The position numbers and the translations under genes were made by a program. Below are positions 24,301 through 39,399 of a DNA stretch of 64,000 bases, piece after piece. The stretch is taken from the NCBI RefSeq assembly GCF_009914755.1, contig NC_060935.1, one strand, 5' to 3'. Origin of the DNA: the human T2T-CHM13v2.0 reference genome, Homo sapiens. Position 1 is the first letter of the stretch; each line of letters begins with the position of its first letter. A model generated the notes under the pieces. The model made no database searches, was not told where the DNA came from, and saw only the letters and a program-made list of their open reading frames with translations.

Positions 24301-27300
24301 CTAAAAACCAAACGGAAGCATTCACAGAGAATTCTTAGTGATCATTGGATTGAACTAACAGAGCTGAACATTCCTTTAGATGGAGCAGTTTCCAAACCCA
24401 CTTTCTGTAGAATCTGCAAGTGGATATTTGGACTTCTCTGAGGATTTCGTTGGAAACGGGATAAACTTCCCAGAACTACACGGAAGCATTCTGAGAAACT
24501 TCTTTGTGATGTTTGCATTCAACTCACAGAGTTGAACCTTGCTTTCATTGTTCAGCTTTCAAACACTCTTTTTGTAGAATCTGCAAGTGGATATTTGGAC
24601 CACTTTGTGGCCTTCCTTCGAAACGGGTATATCTTCACATCAAACCTAGACAGAAGCATTCTCAGAATGTTTCCTGTGATGACTGCATTCAACTCACAGA
24701 GGTGAACAATCCTGCTGATGGAGCACTTTTGAAACTCTCTTTCTTTGGATTCTGCAAGTGGATATGTGGACCTCAGTGAAGATTTCGTTGGAAACGGGTT
24801 CATCCTCACAGAAAAACTAAACAGGAGCATTCTCAGAAACTGCTTTGTGATGTTTGTGTTCCACTTCAAGAATTGAACTTTCCTCTTGACAGAGCAGCTC
24901 TGAAACCCTCTTTTTCTAGAATCTGCAAGTGGACATTTGGAGGGCTTTGAGGTCTGTGGTGGAAAAGGAAAATCTTCACATAAAAACTAGATGGAAGCAT
25001 TCTCAGAAACTACTTTGTGATGATTGCATTCGACCCACAGAGTTGAACATTCCTATAGATAGAGCAGGTTGTAAACAATCTTTTTGTAGAATCTGCGATT
25101 GGAGATTTGGACTGCTTTGAGGCCTACTGTAGTAAAGGAAATAACTTCATCTAAAAACCAAACGGAAGCATTCACAGACAATTCTTAGTGATCATTGGAT
25201 TGAACTAACAGAGCTGAACATTCCCTTAGATGGCGCAGTTTCCAAACACACTTTCTGTAGAATCTGCAAGTGGATATTTGGACCTCTCTGAGGATTTCGT
25301 TGGAAACGGGATAAACTTCCCAGAACTACACGGAAGCATTCTGAGAAACTTCTTTGTGATGTTTGCATTCAACTCACAGAGTTGAACCTTGCTTTCATAG
25401 TTCAGCTTTCAAACACTCTTTTTGTAGAATCTGCAAGTGGATATTTGGACCACTTTGTGGCCTTCCTTCGAAACGGGTATATCTTCACATCAAACCTAGA
25501 CAGAAGCATTCTCAGAATGTTTCCTGTGATGACTGCATTCAACTGACAGAGGTGAACAATCCTGCTGATGGAGCAGTTTTGAAACTCTCTTTCTTTGGAT
25601 TCTGCAAGTGGATATGTGGACCTCTGTGAAGATTTCGTTGGAAACGGGTTCATCCTCACAGAAAAACTAAACAGAAGCATTCTCAGAAACTGCTTTGTGA
25701 TGTTTGTGTTCCACTTCAGGAATTGAACTTTCCTCTTGACAGAGCAGCTCTGAAACCCTCTTATTCTAGAATCTTCAAGTGGACATTTGGAGGGCTTTGA
25801 GGCCTGTGGTGGAAAAGGAAAATCTTCACATAAAAACTAGATGGAAGCACTCTCAGAAACTACTTTGTGATGATTGCATTCGACTCACAGAGTTGAACAT
25901 TCCTATAGATAGAGCAGGTTGTAAACAATCTTTTTGTAGAATCTGCGATTGGAGATTTGGACTGCTTTGAGGCCTACTGTAGTAAAGGAAATAACTTCAT
26001 CTAAAAACCAAACGGAAGCATTCACAGACAATTCTTAGTGATCATTGGATTGAACTAACAGAGCTGAACATTCCTTTAGATGGAGCAGTTTCCAAACCCA
26101 CTTTCTGTAGAATCTGCAAGTGGATATTTGGACTTCTCTGAGGATTTCGTTGGAAACGGGATAAACTTCCCAGAACTACACGGAAGCATTCTGAGAAACT
26201 TCTTTGTGATGTTTGCATTCAACTCACAGAGTTGAACCTTGCTTTCATTGTTCAGCTTTCAAACACTCTTTTTGTAGAATCTGCAAGTGGATATTTGGAC
26301 CACTTTGTGACCTTCCTTCGAAACGGGTATATCTTCACATCAAACCTAGACAGAAGCATTCTCAGAATGTTTCCTGTGATGACTGCATTCAACTCACAGA
26401 GGTGAACAATCCTGCTGATGGAGCACTTTTGAAACTCTCTTTCTTTGGATTCTGCAAGTGGATATGTGGACCTCTGTGAAGATTTCGTTGGAAACGGGTT
26501 CATCTTCACAGAGAAATTAACAGGAGCATTCTCAGAAACTGCTTTGTGATGTTTGTGTTCCACTTCAAGAATTGAACTTTCCTCTTGACAGAGCAGCTCT
26601 GCAACCCTCTTTTTCTAGAATCTGCAAGTGGACATTTGGAGGGCTTTGAGGTCTGTGGTGGAAAAGGAAAATCTTCACATAAAAACTAGATGGAAGCATT
26701 CTCAGAAACTACTTTGTGATGATTGCATTCGACCCACAGAGTTGAACATTCCTATAGATAGAGCAGGTTGTAAACAATCTTTTTGTAGAATCTGCGATTG
26801 GAGATTTGGACTGCTTTGAGGCCTACTGTAGTAAAGGAAATAACTTCATCTAAAAACCAAACGGAAGCATTCACAGACAATTCTTAGTGATCATTGGATT
26901 GAACTAACAGAGCTGAACATTCCCTTAGATGGCGCAGTTTCCAAACACACTTTCTGTAGAATCTGCAAGTGGATATTTGGACCTCTCTGAGGATTTCGTT
27001 GGAAACGGGATAAACTTCCCAGAACTACACGGAAGCATTCTGAGAAACTTCTTTGTGATGTTTGCATTCAACTCACAGAGTTGAACCTTGCTTTCATAGT
27101 TCAGCTTTCAAACACTCTTTTTGTAGAATCTGCAAGTGGATATTTGGACCACTTTGTGGCCTTCCTTCGAAACGGGTATATCTTCACATCAAACCTAGAC
27201 AGAAGCATTCTCAGAATGTTTCCTGTGATGACTGCATTCAACTCACAGAGGTGAACAATCCTGCTGATGGAGCAGTTTTGAAACTCTCTTTCTTTGGATT

Positions 27301-28250
27301 CTGCAAGTGGATATGTGGACCTCTGTGAAGATTTCGTTGGAAACGGGTTCATCCTCACAGAAAAACTAAACAGAAGCATTCTCAGAAACTGCTTTGTGAT
27401 GTTTGTGTTCCACTTCAGGAATTGAACTTTCCTCTTGACAGAGCAGCTCTGAAACCCTCTTATTCTAGAATCTTCAAGTGGACATTTGGACGGCTTTGAG
27501 GCCTGTGGTGGAAAAGGAAAATCTTCACATAAAAACTAGATGGAAGCATTCTCAGAAACTACTTTGTGATGATTGCATTCGACTCACAGAGTTGAACATT
27601 CCTATAGATAGAGCAGGTTGTAAACAATCTTTTTGTAGAATCTGCGATTGGAGATTTGGACTGCTTTGAGGCCTACTGTAGTAAAGGAAATAACTTCATC
27701 TAAAAACCAAACGGAAGCATTCACAGAGAATTCTTAGTGATCATTGGATTGAACTAACAGAGCTGAACATTCCTTTAGATGGAGCAGTTTCCAAACCCAC
27801 TTTCTGTAGAATCTGCAAGTGGATATTTGGACTTCTCTGAGGATTTCGTTGGAAACGGGATAAACTTCCCAGAACTACACGGAAGCATTGTGAGAAACTT
27901 CTTTGTGATGTTTGCATTCAACTCACAGAGTTGAACCTTGCTTTCATTGTTCAGCTTTCAAACACTCTTTTTGTAGAATCTGCAAGTGGATATTTGGACC
28001 ACTTTGTGGCCTTCCTTCGAAACGGGTATATCTTCACATCAAACCTAGACAGAAGCATTCTCAGAATGTTTCCTGTGATGACTGCATTCAACTCACAGAG
28101 GTGAACAATCCTGCTGATGGAGCACTTTTGAAACTCTCTTTCTTTGGATTCTGCAAGTGGATATGTGGACCTCTGTGAAGATTTCGTTGGAAACGGGTTC
28201 ATCCTCACAGAAAAACTAAACAGGAGCATTCTCAGAAACTGCTTTGTCAT
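21400..28250 (+). repeat. Local 2-HOR (10-monomer, ~1.7 kb) super-repeat, about 4 copies
   Basis: GGTCTGTG at ~21552/23251/24951/26650, CGACCCAC at ~21632/23331/25031/26730, ATCTTCAAG at ~22372/24071/25771/27470. Confidence 0.85.
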
Positions 28251-31200
28251 GTTTGTGTTCCACTTCAAGAATTGAACTTTCCTCTTGACAGAGCAGCTCT
28301 GAAACCCTCTTTTTCTAGAATCTGCAAGTGGACATTTGGAGGGCTTTGAGGCCTGTGGTGGAAAAGGAAAATCTTCACATAAAAACTAGATGGAAGCATT
28401 CTCAGAAACTACTTTGTGATGATTGCATTCGACTCACAGAGTTCAACATTCCTATAGGGAGAGCAGGTTGTAAACAATCTTTTTGTAGAATCTGCGATTA
28501 GAGATTTGGACTGCTTTGAGGCCTACTGTAGTAAAGGAAATAACTTCATCTAAAAACCAAACGGAAGCATTCACAGACAATTCTTAGTGATCATTGGATT
28601 GAACTAACAGAGCTGAACATTCCTTTAGATGGCGCAGTTTCCAGACACACTTTCTGTAGAATCTGCAACTGGATATTTGGACCTCTCTGAGGATTTCGTT
28701 GGAAACAGGATAAACTTCCCAGAACTACACGGAAGCATTCTGAGAAACTTCTTTGTGATGTTTGCATTCAACTCACAGAGTTGAACCTTGCTTTCATAGT
28801 TCAGCTTTCAAACACTCTTTTTGTAGAATCTGCAAGTGGATATTTGGACCACTTTGTGGCCTTCCTTCGAAACGGGTATATCTTCACATCAAACCTAGAC
28901 AGAAGCATTCTCAGAATGTTTCCTGTGATGACTGCATTCAACTCACAGAGGTGAACAATCCTGCTGATGGAGCAGTTTTGAAACTCTCTTTCTTTGGATT
29001 CTGCAAGTGGATATGTGGACCTCTGTGAAGATTTCGTTGGAAACGGGTTCATCTTCACAGAAAAATTAACAGGAGCATTCTCAGAAACTGCTTTGTGATG
29101 TTTGTGTTCCACTTCAAGAATTGAACTTTCCTCTTGACAGAGCAGCTCTGCAACCCTCTTTTTCTAGAATCTGCAAGTGGACATTTGGAGGGCTTTGAGG
29201 CCTGTGGTGGAAAAGGAAAATCTTCACATAAAAACTAGATGGAAGCATTCTCAGAAACTCCTTTGTGATGATTGCATTCGACTCACAGAGTTGAACATTC
29301 CTATAGATAGAGCAGGTTGTAAACAATCTTTTTGTAGAATCTGCGATTGGAGATTTGGACTGCTTTGAGGCCTACTGTGGTAAAGGAAATAACTTCATCT
29401 AAAAACCAAACGGAAGCATTCACAGACAATTCTTAGTGATCATTGCATTGAACTAACAGAGCTGAACATTCGGTTAGATGGCGCAGTTTCCAAACACACT
29501 TTCTGTAGAATCTGCAAGTGGATATTTGGACCTCTCTGAGGATTTCGTTGGAAACGGGATAAAGTTCCCAGAACTACACGGAAGCATTGTGAGAAACTTC
29601 TTTGTGATGTTTGCATTCAACTCACAGAGTTGAACCTTGCTTTCATAGTTCAGCTTTCAAACACTCTTTTTCTAGAATCTGCAAGTGGATATTTGGACCA
29701 CTTTGTGGCCTTCCTTCGAAACGGCTATATCTTCAAATCAAACCTAGACAGAAGCATTCTCAGAATGTTTCCTGTGATGACTGCATTCAACTCACAGAGG
29801 TGAACAATACTGCTGATGGAGCAGTTTTGAAATTCTCTTTCTTTGGATTCTGCAAGTGGATATGTGGACCTCTGTGAAGATTTCGTTGGAAACGGGTTCA
29901 TCTTCACAGAAAAACTAAACAGAAGCATTCTCAGAAACTGCTTTTTGATGTTTGTGTTCCACTTCAGGAATTGAACTTTCCTCTTGACAGAGCAGCTCTG
30001 AAACACTCTTATTCTAGAATCTGCAAGTGGACATTTGAAGGGCTTTGAGGCCTGTGGTGGAAAAGGAAAATCTTCACATAAAAACTAGATGGAAGCATTC
30101 TCAGAAACTACTTTGTGATGATTGCATTCGACTCACAGAGTTGAACATTCCTATAGATAGAGCAGGTTGTAAACAATCTTTTTGTAGAATCTGCGATTGG
30201 AAATTTGGACTGCTTTGAGGCCTACTGTAGTAAAGGAAATAACTTCATCTAAAAACCAAACGGAAGCATTCACAGAGAATTCTTAGTGATCATTGGATTG
30301 AACTAACAGAGCTGAACATTCCTTTAGATGGAGCAGTTTCCAAACCCACTTTCTGTAGAATCTGCAAGTGGATATTTGGACTTCTCTGAGGATTTCGTTG
30401 GAAACGGGATAAACTTCCCAGAACTACACGGAAGCATTGTGAGAAACTTCTTTGTGATGTTTGCATTCAACTCACAGAGTTGAACCTTGCTTTCATAGTT
30501 CAGCTTTCAAACACTCTTTTTGTAGAATCTGCAAGTGGATATTTGGACCACTTTGTGGCCTTCCTTCGAAACGGGTATATCTTCACATCAAACCTAGACA
30601 GAAGCATTCTCAGAATGTTTCCTGTGATGACTGCATTCAACTCACAGAGGTGAACAATCCTGTTGATGGAGCAGATTTGAAACTCTCTTTCTTTGTATTC
30701 TGCAAGTGGATATGTGGACCTCTGTGCAGATTTCGTTGGAAACGGGTTCATCTTCACAGAAAAACTAAACAGGAGCATTCTCAGAAACTGCTTTGTGATG
30801 TTTGTGTTCCACTTCAGGAATTGAACTTTCCTCTTGACAGAGCAGCTCTGAAACCCTCTTTTTCTAGAAACTGCAAGTGGACATTTGGAGGGCTTTGAGG
30901 CCTGTGGTGGAAAAGGAAAATCTTCACATAAAAACTAGATGGAAGCATTCTCAGAAACTACTTTGTGATGATTGCATTCGACTCACAGAGTTGAACATTC
31001 CTATAGATAGAGCAGGTTGTAAACAATCTTTTGTAGAATCTGCGATTGGAGATTTGGACTGCTTTGAGGCCTACTGTAGTAAAGGAAATAACTTCATCTA
31101 AAAACCAAACGGAAGCATTCACAGACAATTCATAGTGATCATTGGATTGAACTAACAGAGCTGAACATTCCTTTAGATGGCGCAGTTTCCAAACACACTT

Positions 31201-34200
31201 TCTGTAGAATCTGCAAGTGGATATTTGGACCTCTCTGAGGATTTCGTTGGAAACGGGATAAACTTCCCAGAACTACACGGAAGCATTCTGAGAAACTTCT
31301 TTGTGATGTTTGCATTCAACTCACAGAGTTGAACCTTGCTTTCATAGTTCACCTTTCAAACACTCTTTTTGTAGAATCTGCAAGTGGATATTTGGACCAC
31401 TTTGTGGCCTTCCTTCGAAACGGGTATATCTTCACATCAAACCTAGACAGAAGCATTCTCAGAAAGTTTCCTGTGATGACTGCATTCAACTCACAGAGGT
31501 GAACAATCCTGTTGATGGAGCAGTTTTGAAACTCTCTTTCTTTGGATTCTGCAAGTTGATATGTGGACCTCTGTGAAGATTTCGTTGGAAACGGGTTCAT
31601 CTTCACAGAAAAACTAAACAGAAGCATTCTCAGAAACTGCTTTGTGATGTTTGTGTTCCACTTCAAGAATTGAACTTTCCTCTTGACAGAGCAGCTCTGA
31701 AACCCTCTTTTTCTAGAATCTGCAAGTGGACATTTGGAGGGCTTTGAGGTCTGTGGTGGAAAAGGAAAATCTTCACATAAAAACTAGATGGAAGCATTCT
31801 CAGAAACTACTTTGTGATGATTGCATTCGACCCACAGAGTTGAACATTCCTATAGATAGAGCAGGTTGTAAACAATCTTTTGTAGAATCTGCGATTGGAG
31901 ATTTGGACTGCTTTGAGGCCTACTGTAGTAAAGGAAATAACTTCATCTAAAAACCAAACGGAAGCATTCACAGACAATTCTTAGTGATCATTGGATTGAA
32001 CTAACAGAGCTGAACATTCCCTTAGATGGCGCAGTTTCCAAACACACTTTCTGTAGAATCTGCAAGTGGATATTTGGACCTCTCTGAGGATTTCGTTGGA
32101 AACGGGATAAACTTCCCAGAACTACACGGAAGCATTCTGAGAAAGTTCTTTGTGATGTTTACATTCAACTCACAGAGTTGAAACTTGCTTTCATAGTTCA
32201 GCTTTCAAACACTCTTTTTGTAGAATCTGCAAGTGGATATTTGGACCACTTTGTGGCCTTCCTTCGAAACGGGTATATCTTCACATCAAACCTAGACAGA
32301 AGCATTCTCAGAATGTTTCCTGTGATGACTGCATTCAACTCACAGAGGTGAACAATCCTGCTGATGGAGCACTTTTGAAACTCTCTTTCTTTGGATTCTG
32401 CAAGTGGATATGTGGACCTCTGTGAAGATTTCGTTGGAAACGGGTTCATCCTCACAGAAAAACTAAACAGGAGCATTCTCAGAAACTGCTTTGTGATGTT
32501 TGTGTTCCACTTCAAGAATTGAACTTTCCTCTTGACAGAGCAGCTCTGAAACCCTCTTTTTCTAGAATCTGCAAGTGGACATTTGGAGGGCTTTGAGGCC
32601 TGTGGTGGAAAACGAAAATCTTCACATAAAAACTAGATGGAAGCATTCTCAGAAACTACTTTGTGATGATTGCATTCGACTCACAGAGTTCAACATTCCT
32701 ATAGGGAGAGCAGGTTGTAAACAATCTTTTTGTAGAATCTGCGATTAGAGATTTGGACTGCTTTGAGGCCTACTGTAGTAAAGGAAATAACTTCATCTAA
32801 AAACCAAACGGAAGCATTCACAGACAATTCTTAGTGATCATTGGATTGAACTAACAGAGCTGAACATTCCTTTAGATGGCGCAGTTTCCAGACACACTTT
32901 CTGTAGAATCTGCAACTGGATATTTGGACCTCTCTGAGGATTTCGTTGGAAACGGGATAAACTTCCCAGAACTACACGGAAGCATTCTGAAAAACTTCTT
33001 TGTGATGTTTGCATTCAACTCACAGAGTTGAACCTTGCTTTCATAGTTCAGCTTTCAAACACTCTTTTTGTAGAATCTGCAAGTGGATATTTGGACCACT
33101 TTGTGGCCTTCCTTCGAAACTGGTATATCTTCACATCAAACCGAGACAGAAGCATTCTCAGAATGTTTCCTGTGATGACTGCATTCAACTCACAGAGGTG
33201 AACAATCCTGCTGATGGAGCAGTTTTGAAACTCTCTTTCTTTGGATTCTGCAAGTGGATATGTGGACCTCTGTGAAGATTTCGTTGGAAACGGGTTCATC
33301 TTCACAGAAAAATTAACAGGAGCATTCTCAGAAACTGCTTTGTGATGTTTGTGTTCCACTTCAAGAATTGAACTTTCCTCTTGACAGAGCAGCTCTGCAA
33401 CCCTCTTATTCTAGAATCTGCAAGTGGACATTTGGAGGGCTTTGAGGCCTGTGGTGGAAAAGGAAAATCTTCACATAAAAACTAGATGGAAGCATTCTCA
33501 GAAACTCCTTTGTGATGATTGCATTCGACTCACAGAGTTGAACATTCCTATAGATAGAGCAGGTTGTAAACAATCTTTTTGTAGAATCTGCGATTGGAGA
33601 TTTGGACTGCTTTGAGGCCTACTGTGGTAAAGGAAATAACTTCATCTAAAAACCAAACGGAAGCATTCACAGACAATTCTTAGTGATCATTGCATTGAAC
33701 TAACAGAGCTGAACATTCGGTTAGATGGCGCAGTTTCCAAACACACTTTCTGTAGAATCTGCAAGTGGATATTTGGACCTCTCTGAGGATTTCGTTGGAA
33801 ACGGGATAAAGTTCCCAGAACTACACGGAAGCATTGTGAGAAACTTCTTTGTGATGTTTGCATTCAACTCACAGAGTTGAACCTTGCTTTCATAGTTCAG
33901 CTTTCAAACACTCTTTTTCTAGAATCTGCAAGTGGATATTTGGACAACTTTGTGGCCTTCCTTCGAAACGGCTATATCTTCACATCAAACCTAGACAGAA
34001 GCATTCTCAGAATGTTTCCTTTGATGACTGCATTCTACTCACAGAGGTGAACAATACTGCTGATGGAGCAGTTTTGAAATTCTCTTTCTTTGGATTCTGC
34101 AAGTGGATATGTGGACCTCTGTGAAGATTTCGTTGGAAACGGGTTCATCTTCACAGAAAAACTAAACAGAAGCATTCTCAGAAACTGCTTTGTGATGTTT

Positions 34201-36600
34201 GTGTTCCACTTCAGGAATTGAAATTTCCTCTTGACAGAGCAGCTCTGAAACCCTCTTATTCTAGAATCTGCAAGTGGACATTTGAAGGGCTTTGAGGCCT
34301 GTGGTGGAAAAGGAAAATCTTCACATAAAAACTAGATGGAAGCATTCTCAGAAACTACTTTGTGATGATTGCATTCGACTCACAGAGTTGAACATTCCTA
34401 TAGATAGAGCAGGTTGTAAACAATCTTTTTGTAGAATCTGCGATTGGAGATTTGGACTGCTTTGAGGCCTACTGTAGTAAAGGAAATAACTTCATCTAAA
34501 AACCAAACGGAAGCATTCACAGACAATTCTTAGTGATCATTGGATTGAACTAACAGAGCTGAACATTCCTTTAGATGGAGCAGTTTCCAAACCCACTTTC
34601 TGTAGAATCTGCAAGTGGATATTTGGACTTCTCTGAGGATTTCGTTGGAAACGGGCTAAACTTCCCAGAACTACAGGGAAGCATTGTGAGAAACTTCTTT
34701 GTGATGTTTGCATTCAACTCACAGAGTTGAACCTTGCTTTCATAGTTCAGCTTTCAAACACTCTTTTTGTAGAATCTGCAAGTGGATATTTGGACCACTT
34801 TGTGGCCTTCCTTCGAAACGGGTATATCTTCACATCAAACCTAGACAGAAGCATTCTCAGAATGTTTCCTGTGATGACTGCATTCAACTCACAGAGGTGA
34901 ACAATCCTGTTGATGGAGCAGATTTGAAACTCTCTTTCTTTGTATTCTGCAAGTGGATATGTGGACCTCTGTGCAGATTTCGTTGGAAACGGGTTCATCT
35001 TCACAGAAAAACTAAACAGGAGCATTCTCAGAAACTGCTTTGTGATGTTTGTGTTCCACTTCAGGAATTGAACTTTCCTCTTGACAGAGCAGCTCTGAAA
35101 CCCTCTTTTTCTAGAAACTCTAAGTGGACATTTGGAGGGCTTTGAGGCCTGTGGTGGAAAAGGAAAATCTTCACATAAAAACTAGATGGAAGCATTCTCA
35201 GAAACTACTTTGTGATGATTGCATTCGACTCACAGAGTTGAACATTCCTATAGATAGAGCAGGTTGTAAACAATCTTTTTGTAGAATCTGCGATTGGAGA
35301 TTTGGACTGCTTTGAGGCCTACTGTAGTAAAGGAAATAACTTCATCTAAAAACCAAACGGAAGCATTCACAGACAATTCATAGTGATCATTGGATTGAAC
35401 TAACAGAGCTGAACATTCCTTTAGATGACGCAGTTTCCAAACACACTTTCTGTAGAATCTTCAAGTGGATATTTGGACCTCTCTGAGGATTTCGTTGGAA
35501 ACGGGATAAACTTCCCAGACCTACACGGAAGCATTCTGAGAAACTTCTTTGCGATGTTTGCATTCAACTCACAGAGTTGAACCTTGCTTTCATAGTTCAG
35601 CTTTCAAACACTCTTTTTGTAGAATCTGCAAGTGGATATTTGGACCACTTTGTGGCCTTCCTTCGAAACGGGTATATCTTCACATCAAACCTAGACAGAA
35701 GCATTCTCAGAATGTTTCCTGTGATGACTGCATTCAACTCACAGAGGTGAACAATCCTGTTGATGGAGTAGTTTTGAAACTCTCTTTCTTTGGATTCTGC
35801 AAGTTGATATGTGGACCTCTGTGAAGATTTCGTTGGAAACGGGTTCATCTTCACAGAAAAACTAAACAGAAGCATTCTCAGAAACTGCTTTGTGATGTTT
35901 GTGTTCCACTTCAAGAATTGAACTTTCCTCTTGACAGAGCAGCTCTGAAACCCTCTTTTTCTAGAATCTGCAAGTGGACATTTGGAGGGCTTTGAGGTCT
36001 GTGGTGGAAAAGGAAAATCTTCACATAAAAACTAGATGGAAGCATTCTCAGAAACTACTTTGTGATGATTGCATTCGACCCACAGAGTTGAACATTCCTA
36101 TAGATAGAGCAGGTTGTAAACAATCTTTTGTAGAATCTGCGATTGGAGATTTGGACTGCTTTGAGGCCTACTGTAGTAAAGGAAATAACTTCATCTAAAA
36201 ACCAAACGGAAGCATTCACAGACAATTCTTAGTGATCATTGGATTGAACTAACAGAGCTGAACATTCCGTTAGATGGCGCAGTTTCCAAACACAGTTTCT
36301 GTAGAATCTGCAAGTGGATATTTGGACCTCTCTGAGGATTTCGTTGGAAACGGGATAAACTTCCCAGAACTACACGGAAGCATTCTGAGAAAGTTCTTTG
36401 TGATGTTTGCATTCAACTCACAGAGTTGAACCTTGCTTTCATAGTTCAGCTTTCAAACACTCTTTTTGTAGAATCTGCAAGTGGATATTTGGACCACTTT
36501 GTGGCCTTCCTTCGAAACGGGTATATCTTCACATCAAACCTAGACAGAAGCATTCTCAGAATGTTTCCTGTGATGACTGCATTCAACTCACAGAGGTGAA
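28100..36600 (+). repeat. Tandem duplication of a 5-HOR block (offset 4247-4248 bp)
   Basis: Matching variant units 27912/32159, 28762/33009, 29611/33858, 30461/34708, 31310/35558; shared CATTCGGTTAG, AAAGTTCCC, GCAGATTTG, TCTAGAAACT, AATTCATAG. Confidence 0.85.
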
Positions 36601-39399
36601 CAATCCTGCTGATGGAGCAGTTTTGAAACTCTCTTTCTTTGGATTCTGCAAGTGGATATGTGGACCTCTGTGAAGATTTCGTTGGAAACGGGTTCATCCT
36701 CACAGAAAAACTAAACAGGAGCATTCTCAGAAACTGCTTTGTGATGTTTCTGTTCCACTTCAAGAATTGAACTTTCCTCTTGACAGAGCAGCTCTGAAAC
36801 CCTCTTTTTCTAGAATCTGCAAGTGGACATTTGGAGGGCTTTGAGGCCTGTGGTGGAAAAGGAAAATCTTCACATAAAAACTAGATGGAAGCATTCTCAG
36901 AAACTACTTTGTGATGATTGCATTCGACTCACAGAGTTGAACATTCCTATAGATAGAGCAGGTTGTAAACAATCTTTTTGTAGAATCTGCGATTGGAGAT
37001 TTGGACTGCTTTGAGGCCTACTGTAGTAAAGGAAATAACTTCATCTAAAAACCAAACGGAAGCATTCACAGATAATTCTTAGTGATCATTGCATTGAACT
37101 AACAGAGCTGAACATTCCTTTAGATAGCGCAGTTTCCAAACACACTTTCTGTAGAATCTGCAAGTGGATATTTGGACTTCTCTGAGGATTTCGTTGGAAA
37201 CGGGATAAACTTCCCAGAACTACACGGAAGCATTGTGAGAAACTTCTTTGTGATGTTTGCATTCAACTCACAGAGTTGAACCTTGCTTTCATAGTTCAGC
37301 TTTCAAACACTCTTTTTGTAGAATCTGCAAGTGGATATTTGGACCACTTTGTGGCCTTCCTTCGAAACGGGTATATCTTCACATCAAACCTAGACAGAAG
37401 CATTCTCAGAATGTTTCCTGTGATGACTGCATTCATCTCACAGAGGTGAACAATCCTGTTGATGGAGCAGTTTTGAAACTCTCTTTCTTTGTATTCTGCA
37501 AGTGGATATGTGGAACTCTGTGCAGATTTCGTTGGAAACGGGTTCATCTTCACAGAAAAACTAAACAGGAGCATTCTCAGAAACTGCTTTATGATGTTTG
37601 TGTTCCACTTCAGGAATTGAACTTTCCTCTTGACAGAGCAGCTCTGAAACCCTCTTATTCTAGAATCTGCAAGTGGACATTTGGAGGGCTTTGAGGCCTG
37701 TGGTGGAAAAGGAAAATCTTCACATAAAAACTAGATGGAAGCATTCTCAGAAACTACTTTGTGATGATTGCATTCGACTCACAGAGTTGAACATTCCTAT
37801 AGATAGAGCAGGTTGTAAACAATCTTTTTGTAGAATCTGCGATTGGAGATTTGGACTGCTTTGAGGCCTACTGTAGTAAAGGAAATAACTTCATCTAAAA
37901 ACCAAACGGAAGCATTCACAGACAATTCTTAGTGATCATTGGATTGAACTAACAGAGCTGAACATTCCTTTAGATGGAGCAGTTTCCAAACCCACTTTCT
38001 GTAGAATCTGCAAGTGGATATTTGGACTTCTCTGAGGATTTCGTTGGAAACGGGATAAAATTCCCAGAACTACACGGAAGCATTGTGAGAAACTTCTTTG
38101 TGATGTTTGCATTCAACTCACAGAGTTGAACCTTGCTTTCATAGTTCAGCTTTCAAACACTCTTTTTGTAGAATCTGCAAGTGGATATTTGGACCACTTT
38201 GTGGCCTTCCTTCGAAACGGGTATATCTTCACATCAAACCTAGACAGAAGCATTCTCAGAATGTTTCCTGTGATGACTGCATTCAACTCACAGAGGTGAA
38301 CAATCCTGCTGATGGAGCAGTTTTGAAACTCTCTTTCTTTGGATTCTGCAAGTGGATATGTGGACCTCTGTGAAGATTTCGTTGGAAACGGGTTCATCTT
38401 CACAGAAAAACTAAACAGGAGCATTCTCAGAAACTGCTTTGTGATGTTTGTGTTCCACTTCAGGAATTGAACTTTCCTCTTGACAGAGCAGCTCTGAAAC
38501 CCTCTTATTCTAGAATCTGCAAGTGGACATTTGGAGGGCTTGGAGGCCTGTGGTGGAAAAGGAAAATCTTCACATAAAAACTAGATGGAAGCATTCTCAG
38601 AAACTACTTTGTGATGATTGCATTCGACTCACAGAGTTGAACATTCCTATAGATAGAGCAGTTTGTAAACAATCTTTTTGTAGAATCTGCGATTGGAGAT
38701 TTGGACTGCTTTGAGGCCTACTGTAGTAAAGGAAATAACTTCATCTAAAAACCAAACGGAAGCATTCACAGACAATTCTTAGTGATCATTGGATTGAACT
38801 AACAGAGCTGAACATTCCTTTAGATGGAGCAGTTTCCAAACCCACTTTCTGTAGAATCTGCAAGTGGATATTTGGACTTCTCTGAGGATTTCGTTGGAAA
38901 CGGGATAAACTTCCCAGAACTACACGGAAGCATTGTGAGAAACTTCTTTGTGATGTTTGCATTCAACTCACAGAGTTGAACCTTGCTTTCATAGTTCAGC
39001 TTTCAAACACTCTTTTTGTAGAATCTGCAAGTGGATATTTGGACCACTTTGTGGCCTTCCTTCGAAACGGGTATATCTTCACATCAAACTTAGACAGAAG
39101 CATTCTCAGAATGTTTCCTGTGATGACTGCATTCAACTCACAGAGGTGAACAATCCTGCTGATGGAGCAGTTTTGAAACTCTCTTTCTTTGTATTCTGCA
39201 AGTGGATATGTGGACCTCTGTTAAGATTTCGTTGGAAACGGGGTCATCTTCACAGAAAAACTAAACAGGAGCATTCTCAGAAACTGCTTTGTGATATTTG
39301 TGTTCCACTTCAAGAATTGAACTTTCCTCTTGAGAGAGCAGCTCTGAAACCCTCTTTTTCTAGAATCTGCAAGTGGACATTTGGAGCGCTTTGAGGCCT

